From NCBI GenBank assembly GCA_022822365.1, contig JAJEBV010000050.1:411-64410 (forward strand): a DNA stretch of 64,000 nt, read 5' to 3'. Made by a program: the position numbers and the translations under genes. Every line of letters starts with the position of its first letter. Within the stretch, counting starts at the first letter, position 1. The notes under the pieces are model-generated. The model ran no database searches. It saw nothing but the letters and a program-made list of their open reading frames with translations, and was not told the origin of the DNA. The stretch comes from Thermoanaerobaculia bacterium. Its GTDB lineage: Bacteria > Acidobacteriota > Thermoanaerobaculia > Multivoradales > Multivoraceae. Shown piece after piece: positions 18,552 to 26,534 of this stretch.

Positions 18552-20080
18552 GGGCTGTCTCCTGTCGCGGTGGCCGCGAACGCGGAGGTCCGTTCGCAGA
18601 CCGTCTTCACGTCGCAGTAGAAGTCGAACGAGTGGCGGCCGCCCTCGCGGCCGATGCCCGAGTGCTTCGTGCCGCCGAACGGCGTCTCCAGGTCGCGAAC
18701 GTAGAAGCAGTTGACCCAGATCGTGCCGGCGCTGATCCGCCGCGAGAGACGGTCGGCGCGGGCCTCGTCGCCGGTGAAGATCATCGCGGCGAGCCCGTAG
18801 TCCGTCGACTCGGCGAGCGCGATCGCTTCCTCGTCGCCCTCGAACGTCTGCAGGGTGAGCACCGGCCCGAACACCTCCTCGCGGAGGATGTCGGCACCGG
18901 GCGGCACGTCGGCGAACAGGGTCGGCGGATAGTAGAGCCCGCCGCTGCTCTTCCCGCCGAAACGGAGCGCCGCCCCCTGGGCGAGCGCCTTCTCGACGTG
19001 GCTTTCGACGCGCGCCAGCGCGCGAGGATGGATCAGCGGGCCGTAGGTCGTCGCGGCTTCCCGCGGGTCGCCGACGCGGATCGCCTCGACTTCCGCCAGG
19101 AACCGCTCCATGAAGGCCTCGAGGCAGCTCCGCTCGATCAGCAGCCTGGTTCCGGCCAGGCAGACCTGGCCCGAGTTGTCGTACTGGTAAGCAGCGGTTC
19201 GGGCAGCCGCCTCGAGGTCGGCGTCGGCGAAGACGAGGAACGGCGACTTGCCGCCGAGTTCGAAGGAGACGGGAGTGAGCTCCGCCGCCGCGGCGGCCCC
19301 CACCGAGCGGGCGGTCGCCGGCGAGCCGGTGAAGGCGATCCGGTCGACGCCGGGGTGGCCGGTCAGGAGAGCCCCCGTCTCCGGCCCGCCGTGGACGATG
19401 TTCAGCACTCCCGGCGGCAGCCCGGCCTCCTCGGCCAGGTCGCCGAGCAGCGAGCAGGTCAGCGGCGCCCACTCCGGCGGCTTGAGGACGACCGTGTCGC
19501 CGGCGGCGAGCGCCGGGCCGACCCGCCAGGTCGCCAGCATGAAGGGCGCGTTCCAGGGCGTCGACACGGCGACGACCCCGGCCGGATCGTGACGGACCGT
19601 GTTCCGCTCGCCGCCGTGCAGCGTGCGGGCCGGCTCGGCCAGGCGCGACACCGCGTACTCGGCGAAGAAACGGAAGTTCATCCCGCCGCGCGGGATCACC
19701 CGCTCCCGCATCGCCTCCAGCAGGGAACCGTTGTCGACGGTCTCGACCTGGGCGATCTCGGCGGCCCTCCGCTCGACCTCGGCAGCAAGGCGCAGCAGGT
19801 ACGGCGCCCGGCCCTCAGGACCCAGCGCCGCCCAGTCCGGGAACGCGTCGCTCGCCGCCGCGACGGCGGCGTCGACCTCCGACGCCCCCGCCTCGGGAAG
19901 CTCGGCCAGCTTCCAGTCCCAGTCGATCGGCGAACGGACCTCGAAAGCGGCGCCGGCACCGACCCGCCGGCCGCCGATCAGGTGGCCCGTCGGTACGGCG
20001 ACGCCTTCGACATCGACGCGCGCCGCCGGAACGCCAGATGCCGGCCGGAAGGCCGGCGCACCCAGTGGTTCGGCCGTCAC
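18548..20080 (-). CDS. NAD(P)-dependent aldehyde dehydrogenase (hydroxymuconic-semialdehyde dehydrogenase-like)
   Basis: 'HLIGG', 'FTGSPATARSV', 'ELGGKSP' and the catalytic 'GQVCLAG' motifs. Start taken as GTG overlapping the upstream stop in 'GTGA' (20080-20077). The upstream part of the track ORF is junk. Confidence 0.8.
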   Translation of the reverse strand: MTAEPLGAPAFRPASGVPAARVDVEGVAVPTGHLIGGRRVGAGAAFEVRSPIDWDWKLAELPEAGASEVDAAVAAASDAFPDWAALGPEGRAPYLLRLAAEVERRAAEIAQVETVDNGSLLEAMRERVIPRGGMNFRFFAEYAVSRLAEPARTLHGGERNTVRHDPAGVVAVSTPWNAPFMLATWRVGPALAAGDTVVLKPPEWAPLTCSLLGDLAEEAGLPPGVLNIVHGGPETGALLTGHPGVDRIAFTGSPATARSVGAAAAAELTPVSFELGGKSPFLVFADADLEAAARTAAYQYDNSGQVCLAGTRLLIERSCLEAFMERFLAEVEAIRVGDPREAATTYGPLIHPRALARVESHVEKALAQGAALRFGGKSSGGLYYPPTLFADVPPGADILREEVFGPVLTLQTFEGDEEAIALAESTDYGLAAMIFTGDEARADRLSRRISAGTIWVNCFYVRDLETPFGGTKHSGIGREGGRHSFDFYCDVKTVCERTSAFAATATGDSP

Positions 20081-20868
20081 GAACCCGCCGCCTCCGCCGC
20101 CGCCATCACCTCGGCCTCGTCCTCGGGCACGCAGAGCGCGACATGCAGCGTGTTGCCGGTCACCTCGGGCTGCTCGCCGACCGGCTGCAGGTCCCGGTCC
20201 AGCTCGACGATCGGGTTGCGCAGCGTGCCGATCTCGTCGCAATGCACCTCGACCACGTCGCCCGGCTCGACCGGTCGCGAGTTCGCCGGCGTGCCGGTCA
20301 TGATGACGTCGCCGGGTTCGAGCGTGATCAGCCGGCTCAGGTCGGCTACCTGGTAGGCGAACGAGAACAGGAGGTCTTCGCCGGTGTTCCCCTGCTGCAC
20401 CACCTCGCCGTTGACCAGCGTGCGCAGCGTCAGGTCGTTCGGGTCGACGTCGCCGGCATCGACCAGGGCCGGCCCCATCGGCCCGAAGCCGTCCTGGCCC
20501 TTGACCCGCAGCATCGAGCCGCGGTCGGCGTGCCGGAAGTCGTGGATGCCGAAATCGTTGACCAGCGTGTAGCCGCGAACGTAGTCGAGCGCCTCCTCGA
20601 TCGCCACGCCGGTCGCCCGCCGGCCGATGACGACCGCGATCTCCCCCTCGTAGTTCAGGAAGCGGCAGCCGCGCGGCCGCGCCACGGGCGCCTCGTGAGC
20701 GCTCAGCGAGGAAGTCGGCTTCATGAAGTAGGACGGCACCTCCGGGATGCGCTCCATCTCGTACTCCACGCAGCGCGAGCGGTAGCTCAGGTGGACGCCG
20801 ATGATCTTCGAGGGCGGATCGATCGGAGGCAGCCAGGCGCCGTCGCCGGCGCGGCGCTCGTGTTTCAT
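20077..20868 (-). CDS. fumarylacetoacetate hydrolase (FAH) family protein (HpaG/NagK-like hydrolase or decarboxylase-isomerase)
   Basis: 'KIIGVHLSYRS...YFMKPTSSL...GEIAVVIGR...DYVRGYTLVNDFGI...GTPANSRPVEPGDVVEV' is the classic FAH-fold signature. Start at ATG 20868 overlaps the ADC gene stop in 'ATGA'. Confidence 0.75.
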   Translation of the reverse strand: MKHERRAGDGAWLPPIDPPSKIIGVHLSYRSRCVEYEMERIPEVPSYFMKPTSSLSAHEAPVARPRGCRFLNYEGEIAVVIGRRATGVAIEEALDYVRGYTLVNDFGIHDFRHADRGSMLRVKGQDGFGPMGPALVDAGDVDPNDLTLRTLVNGEVVQQGNTGEDLLFSFAYQVADLSRLITLEPGDVIMTGTPANSRPVEPGDVVEVHCDEIGTLRNPIVELDRDLQPVGEQPEVTGNTLHVALCVPEDEAEVMAAAEAAGS

Positions 20869-21668
20869 CGCAGTTGCTCCCGGTCGTGCGGGCCGACGAC
20901 CTCCACGCCGTCGACGCTGTAAGCGAAGGAGAACCGGAAGCCGCGGTGCACCTCGCGCGGCGCGATCGCCTGCAGGTCCTCCAGCGTGTCGCCGCCGAAG
21001 GCGAGCCTGGCCGGCCCCTCCCAGACCTCGGTCGAGTCCCGGTCGTAGCCGCCGGCCCGGACCATCTCGAACACCGTGGGTTCGAGCCCGGCCGCGGCGG
21101 GGAAGTGGCGCGTGTTGAACATCGGCGGAGCGTTCACCGTCGGTCCGGTTTCGCTGATCCCCTCGAGTTCGACGACGGCGCGGACGATCTGGCGGTCGTT
21201 CGCGGTGCAGGTCGCCCCGAAGCGGGTGCCGGGAGCGAGCCTGCACGCCGCCTTGCCGACCTCGAAGCTGCGGGTCATGTGGATCGAGCCGAGCTTCTTC
21301 GGGAAGCCCTGCACCCAGCCGCGGAACATCGCGAAGTCCTTGTCGACCCAGATGTAGACGCAGCGCGACACCGGCTCGCCGCGCCACGTCGCGCCGACGA
21401 CGACAAAGCACTCCTTGTACTGGGACTGGATCGGGTCCTCCAGCTCGTGCAGGTCGTCGGAGCAGGACTGCCAGTCGGCGAAGATGACGCAGGCCATGTC
21501 CGGCCGCTCGGCCGGTTCGAGCTCCGCCGGCAGCAGGGCCGTGATGGCGTCCGGATCGGTGCTGTACTCGACGATCAGGAAGTCGCAGGAGTAGTGCCAG
21601 GGCGGCGCCGGCACGAGGCCGCCGCGTCCGCTGGCGGAGAGCGGGCCGCTGTAGCCCTTGAGTGGCAT
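20865..21668 (-). CDS. acetoacetate decarboxylase (ADC) superfamily protein
   Basis: 267-aa ORF: 'PPWHYSCDFLIVEYSTDPDAI...' with a Lys-containing ADC-like core. Assigned by fold-family resemblance only. Confidence 0.55.
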   Translation of the reverse strand: MPLKGYSGPLSASGRGGLVPAPPWHYSCDFLIVEYSTDPDAITALLPAELEPAERPDMACVIFADWQSCSDDLHELEDPIQSQYKECFVVVGATWRGEPVSRCVYIWVDKDFAMFRGWVQGFPKKLGSIHMTRSFEVGKAACRLAPGTRFGATCTANDRQIVRAVVELEGISETGPTVNAPPMFNTRHFPAAAGLEPTVFEMVRAGGYDRDSTEVWEGPARLAFGGDTLEDLQAIAPREVHRGFRFSFAYSVDGVEVVGPHDREQLR

Positions 21669-21681
21669 GTGCGTCGAACCC

Positions 21682-22467
21682 TCAGGCCGTTGATGGATGG
21701 GATGAGCAGAAGTCGACGAGGGCGCGGAAGAGCCGGCCGCCGTCCTCCGGCGCGGTGACCTCCGGGTGCCACTGCACGCCGAGACAGAACGGGAGCCGGG
21801 GATCCTCGAGCGCCTCGATCACGCCGTCCGGCGCGGTGGCGGCCACCCGCAGGCCCTCACCCAGCCGGCCGGCGCCCTGGTGATGGTGCGATGCGATCTC
21901 GACGTCACCCTCCTGCGCGAGCGGCCCGCCCGCCTCCATCGCCGCCGCCAGGTGCGTCCCCGGCTCGATCGTCACCGTGTGTCGCGTGAACTCGCCCAGC
22001 ACGTCGCGGTGCGGCTTCATGTCGAGCCGGTCGCCGAGGTGCTGTTCCAGGTCGCCGCCGTACAGGAGGTTCAGGAGCTGGAAGCCCCGGCAGATCCCCA
22101 GGATCGGCATCCGGCGCTCGAGCGCGGCGCGGCCGATCGCCAGCTCGACGCGGTCGCGCATCTCGTCGTGCTCGTCGTTCTCCGGGTGCGGCTCCGCGCC
22201 GTAGATCTTCGCATCGAAGTCCTTGCCGCCCATGAAGACGATGCCGTCGAGACCCGCGAGCGCCGCCTCGGGGTCCTCGTCGTACGGCTCGACGCTCGGG
22301 ATGATGACCGGCGCGCCGCCGGCGGCGGCAATCGCCGACACGTAATCGTGCGGGACCATCGAGACGACCTCGTCCCACGGACCGATGATCGCGTCCCGGA
22401 CGTCGCCGACGATGCCGATCCGCGGCCGCCGGCCCCGCCCCGAGTTGTCCGCAGCGCCTCCGCTCAC
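21682..22467 (-). CDS. class I glutamine-amidotransferase-like gamma-glutamyl hydrolase (PuuD / TdnT / IpuF family)
   Basis: 'GIVFMGGKD', catalytic 'GICRGFQ' and 'WHPE' motifs. GTG start overlaps the P450 stop in 'GTGA' (22467-22464). Confidence 0.75.
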   Translation of the reverse strand: MSGGAADNSGRGRRPRIGIVGDVRDAIIGPWDEVVSMVPHDYVSAIAAAGGAPVIIPSVEPYDEDPEAALAGLDGIVFMGGKDFDAKIYGAEPHPENDEHDEMRDRVELAIGRAALERRMPILGICRGFQLLNLLYGGDLEQHLGDRLDMKPHRDVLGEFTRHTVTIEPGTHLAAAMEAGGPLAQEGDVEIASHHHQGAGRLGEGLRVAATAPDGVIEALEDPRLPFCLGVQWHPEVTAPEDGGRLFRALVDFCSSHPSTA

Positions 22468-23714
22468 CGGTAGCGAACCCCCATGTGCTTGATGCCGTTG
22501 AAGAAGTTCGAGCGCAGGCGCTCCGGCTCGGAGACCAGCTCGAGCCGGCCCAGGTGGGGCCGCAGCTCTTCCAGCGCGATCCTGATCTCGAGCCTCGCCA
22601 GGTACGCGCCGAGGCAGAAGTGCGGCCCGATGCCGAAGGTCAGGTGCCGATTCGGCCTGCGGCCGACATCGAAACGGTGGGGATCCTCGAACACGTCCTC
22701 GTCCCGGTTGGCGCTCGTGTACCACATCGCGACCTTGTCGCCGGCGCGGATGACCTCGCCGCGCATCTCGATGTCCTCGGTCGCCGTGCGCCGGAAGTGG
22801 TGAACCGCCGTCACCATCCGCAGGATCTCGTCGGCGGCCGTCGTCGCCAGATCCTCGTCGCCGGCGACGACGCGCTCCGCCTGGTCGGGGTGGCCCAGCA
22901 GCTCGTGCATGCCGCCCGACAGCGAGTGGCGCGTCGTCTCGTTGCCGGCCGCCGCCAGCAGCAGGAAGTAGAGGTCGAACTCGTGCGGCGTCAGCGGCTC
23001 GCCGTCGACCTCGGCGAACACCAGGTCGGTCACGATGTCGTCGCGCGGTTCGGCGCGGCGCGCGGCCGCCAGCTTGCGGCCGTACTCGAACATCTCCAGG
23101 CTGGCCGGGCTGGAAAACGGCAGGTGCTTGTAGCGCTCGCGCTCCGTCTCGTAGTCGTCGACGTACTCCGGGTCGGTCGCGCCGAGGATCCGGTTGCCGA
23201 TGTCGACGATGAGGCGCCGGTCCTCCTGGGGCGCGCCCAGCATCTCGGCGAACACCCGCATCGGCAGCTCGACCGCCACGTCGTCGACGAAGTCGAAGTC
23301 GCCCCGGGCGATCGCCGACTCGAGGATGCCCCGGAACAGTTGCCGGATGTGGTCCGAGAAGGCCTTCAGCGCCCGCGGCAGGAAGCGCTTGTTGATCAGG
23401 GCGCGCAGCTTGTAGTGGCGCGGCGGATCCATGTCGATCATCGACTTGCGCGCCTCGACGTGCTCCGGCTCCAGGTCCTCGAGCGACGTGCCGCCGACCT
23501 CGGACGAGAACCGCTTCGGATCCTTCGAGACGCGGACGACGTCCTCGTGCCGCGTGATCGACCAGAAGCCCGGCCCCTTCGGCTCCGGCTGCCAGTACAC
23601 CGGCGCCTCCGCCCGCAGCCGGGCGAACCACTCGTGCGGCACGCCCCGCGCGAACCGGTCGTGATCGCAGAGGTCGATCCCGGCCACGGCCGGGAGGTTG
23701 GCTGCGTGCGCCAC
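22464..23714 (-). CDS. cytochrome P450 monooxygenase
   Basis: Heme-ligand loop 'FGIGPHFCLGAYLARLE', 'ETTRHS' (ExxR) and I-helix 'AAGNETT' (AGxxT). GTG start at 23714 lies 15 nt after the GS-like stop, preceded by 'AGGAG'. Product about 416 aa. Confidence 0.85.
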   Translation of the reverse strand: MAHAANLPAVAGIDLCDHDRFARGVPHEWFARLRAEAPVYWQPEPKGPGFWSITRHEDVVRVSKDPKRFSSEVGGTSLEDLEPEHVEARKSMIDMDPPRHYKLRALINKRFLPRALKAFSDHIRQLFRGILESAIARGDFDFVDDVAVELPMRVFAEMLGAPQEDRRLIVDIGNRILGATDPEYVDDYETERERYKHLPFSSPASLEMFEYGRKLAAARRAEPRDDIVTDLVFAEVDGEPLTPHEFDLYFLLLAAAGNETTRHSLSGGMHELLGHPDQAERVVAGDEDLATTAADEILRMVTAVHHFRRTATEDIEMRGEVIRAGDKVAMWYTSANRDEDVFEDPHRFDVGRRPNRHLTFGIGPHFCLGAYLARLEIRIALEELRPHLGRLELVSEPERLRSNFFNGIKHMGVRYR

Positions 23715-23728
23715 GGCCTCGCCGACTC

Positions 23729-25045
23729 CTACAGTTGGATCCTGTACTCGTTGCGCTCCCAGTCGGTCACCCAACCGTGGTAACGCTCGAGCTCGAAGCG
23801 CTTGAGGGTCAGAAAGGCGTCGACGATCTCGCGGCCGACGCCGTCGCACAGCAGTTCGTCGGCCTCCAGCGCGTCGAGGGCCTGGTCGAGGGAGCCCGGC
23901 AGCGGCGGAAGATCCTCCCGCCGGTAGGCGTCGCCCGCGGTCGGCTCGGGGGCTTCGAGCTGCCGGCGGACGCCGTCGAGGCCGGCCTGGAGCAGGGCGG
24001 CGATCGCCAGGTGGCAGTTCGCCGTGCCGTCGCCGACGCGGATCTCCAGCCGGGCGGCCATGCCGCGCTCGGGCGGCACGCGGACGAAGGTCGTCCGGTT
24101 GTCGAGCCCCCAGGACACGTTGATCGGCGCCAGCGAGTCGGGGGCGATCCGCTTGAACGCGTTGACCGTCGGATTGAGAAAAGCCATCAGCGCCCCGGCG
24201 TGCTCCAGCACTCCGGCGATGAAGGAGAGCGCGGCGGCGCTCAGGCCGTTCGGTCCCGCCGGATCGCCGATCCGGTTGGCGCCGTCGCCGTCCTGAAGCG
24301 ACACGTGGAGGTGGAGTCCCGAGCCGCCCTGGTCGTTGAAGGGCCGGCCCATGAAGGTGGCCCGCATCTCCTCCAGCACCGCCATCTCCTTGACCGTCGC
24401 CTTGAGGCGGAAGGCCCGATCGGCGGCGTCCAGGGCGGGGCCGTGGCGGAGGTTGATCTCGTACTGCGAGTTCATGAACTCGTGGTTCGCGGCATAGGCG
24501 CCCAGCCCCATCCCGGCGCAGGCGTGGAGCATCCGGCCCGAGATGCCGCCCGGATCGCTCTCGGCGCCGACGGTGTAGACCCGCGACAGCGTGTCGACGT
24601 AGCGGACGGCGCCTTCCGGCGCGCCGTCGTCCGGCTTGAACAGGAAGAACTCGAGCTCAGGGCCCACGATCGGCGCCAGGCCGAGTTCCGCGAGACCGTC
24701 CGCGGCCCGCCGCACCGCGCCGCGCGGGTCGAACGGATGGGGGTTGCCCTCCTCGTCGACCAGGTCGACCAGGCAGGCCGCGATGTCCGGCGCCCAGGGC
24801 AGCACCGCGGCGGTCGAGAGGTCGGGCCGGGCGAAGAAGTCCGGGTAGCCGATCTCGCCGCCCATCACCGGCGTGTGCGCGAGGTCCGTCGTCATGATCG
24901 CCGAGCAGAAGGCGACCCCGTCCTCGATCTCGTGGCCGGCGTCGGCAAGCACCAGGTCCTTGCCGCGGGCGATGCCGTGGAGATCGGGGTACATCACCCG
25001 CAGCGTCCTGGCGCCCTGCTCCGTCAGCCGTTCGATGTCGCTCAT
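23729..25045 (-). CDS. glutamine-synthetase-like gamma-glutamyl-amine ligase (PuuA / IpuC / TdnQ family)
   Basis: 438 aa with GS catalytic-domain motifs ('NHEFMNSQYEIN', 'KPFNDQGGSGLHLHVSL', 'RVPPERG...RLEIRVGDGTANCHLA'). Confidence 0.85.
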   Translation of the reverse strand: MSDIERLTEQGARTLRVMYPDLHGIARGKDLVLADAGHEIEDGVAFCSAIMTTDLAHTPVMGGEIGYPDFFARPDLSTAAVLPWAPDIAACLVDLVDEEGNPHPFDPRGAVRRAADGLAELGLAPIVGPELEFFLFKPDDGAPEGAVRYVDTLSRVYTVGAESDPGGISGRMLHACAGMGLGAYAANHEFMNSQYEINLRHGPALDAADRAFRLKATVKEMAVLEEMRATFMGRPFNDQGGSGLHLHVSLQDGDGANRIGDPAGPNGLSAAALSFIAGVLEHAGALMAFLNPTVNAFKRIAPDSLAPINVSWGLDNRTTFVRVPPERGMAARLEIRVGDGTANCHLAIAALLQAGLDGVRRQLEAPEPTAGDAYRREDLPPLPGSLDQALDALEADELLCDGVGREIVDAFLTLKRFELERYHGWVTDWERNEYRIQL

Positions 25046-25073
25046 GTTCGACCCCTGTTGACGTCGCGGCTCC

Positions 25074-26534
25074 CTACGCCGCGTCCGTTGATTCGTCGAT
25101 GAAATGGCCCAGGCGTTCGTAGGCCTCGGCGTCGCGCCGGCGGATGGCGGCAGCCCAGGCGGTGCCGCACACGAAGAACAACGGCACCGCGGCCCACAAC
25201 GAGCCGACCAGGCCGGTGCTCGCCCCGGTCAGCGCGTCCCAGTTGACGACGACGAACACCATCGCCGCCGCCAGGCCGAGCGCGCCCAGCCCCGGCGCCA
25301 CCTTCGTCTGCCACGCCCGCGCGTCCAGGCCCGTCCGCCGGAAGAACGCGATGACGGAGAGCGAGGTCAGGCACTGCAGGCCGATGATCCCCAGCGCCGC
25401 GATGCCGCTCAGCCAGGCGAACAGGCCGGCGTACGGATCGAGGCCCGCGAGCACGAACACCAGCGTGATGACGAAGGCGACCTCCGCCTGCAGGATGCCG
25501 GCGAGGTACGGCGAGCCGTAGCGCGGGTGAGTGCGGGCGATCGCGCGCGGCAGCAGTCCCTCGCGGGCCATCGCGAAGAAGTAGCGCGCGGCCGCGTTGT
25601 GGAAGGCGAGCAGGGCCGCGAAGATCGAGGTGAGGATCAGCCACTCCATCACGCTCGCCGACAGCGGATGGACGTAGCTCGCGCTCGCGTCCAGGAACAG
25701 CCCGTCCGGGTTCCCGGTCGCCGCGGCGACGACCTCGTCCTCGCCGTAGGCCTGGACGATCGACCAGGAGGTCAGAGCGTAGAAGACGGTGATGATCGCC
25801 ACCGCGACGTAGGTCGCCCGTGGCACGGTGCGCTTCGGATCCCGGGTCTCCTCCCCGTAGATCGCGGTCGCCTCGAAGCCGACGAAGGTGGCGAAAGCGA
25901 AGACGAAGGTCACCCCCGGCGCTCCCGAGAAGATCTCGGCGGGGTTGAAGGAGTTGAGCTGGAGGCCGCTCGCACCGCCGGTGAACACGACGGCGACGTC
26001 GAGCACGACGAGAACCAGCACTTCAAGGATCAGCAGCACGCCCAGGACCCTGGCCGAGAGCTCGATCCCGAAGTAGCCGAGCACCGCGGTGATCGCCATC
26101 AGCGCGAAGGACCACCAGTACCAGGAGATGTCGACGCCCAGCTTCGGGTTCAGGATGTTCACGGAGAAGAAGCCGAACAGCCCCCACAGAGCGCACTGGA
26201 TCGTGTTGTAGGAGAGGACGGCGACCAGCGCGCCGCCAAGGCCCGCCGGCCGCCCCAGACCGCGCGCGATGTAGGCGTAGAACGCGCCGGCGTTCGTCAC
26301 GAACCGGCTCATCGTCGCGTAGCCGACCGCGAACAGGGTCAGCACGAGACCGGTCAGCACCCAGGCGCCGGGCGCGCCGATGCCGTTGCCGATCGACAGC
26401 GGCGGCGGCACCGCGCCCATCATCGAGGTCAGCGGCGCCGCCGAGCCGACGACCAGGAACACGATGCCCCAGAGGCCGAGCGCGCCGGAGCGCAGAGTCC
26501 CCTGACCTGGCGATTCGGGCGTACCGGCGCTCAT
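25074..26534 (-). CDS. APC-family amino acid/amine permease
   Basis: 12-TM protein with 'FAFATFVGFEA' and 'GSPYLAG' motifs typical of APC transporters. ATG 26534 overlaps the upstream stop in 'ATGA'. Confidence 0.8.
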   Translation of the reverse strand: MSAGTPESPGQGTLRSGALGLWGIVFLVVGSAAPLTSMMGAVPPPLSIGNGIGAPGAWVLTGLVLTLFAVGYATMSRFVTNAGAFYAYIARGLGRPAGLGGALVAVLSYNTIQCALWGLFGFFSVNILNPKLGVDISWYWWSFALMAITAVLGYFGIELSARVLGVLLILEVLVLVVLDVAVVFTGGASGLQLNSFNPAEIFSGAPGVTFVFAFATFVGFEATAIYGEETRDPKRTVPRATYVAVAIITVFYALTSWSIVQAYGEDEVVAAATGNPDGLFLDASASYVHPLSASVMEWLILTSIFAALLAFHNAAARYFFAMAREGLLPRAIARTHPRYGSPYLAGILQAEVAFVITLVFVLAGLDPYAGLFAWLSGIAALGIIGLQCLTSLSVIAFFRRTGLDARAWQTKVAPGLGALGLAAAMVFVVVNWDALTGASTGLVGSLWAAVPLFFVCGTAWAAAIRRRDAEAYERLGHFIDESTDAA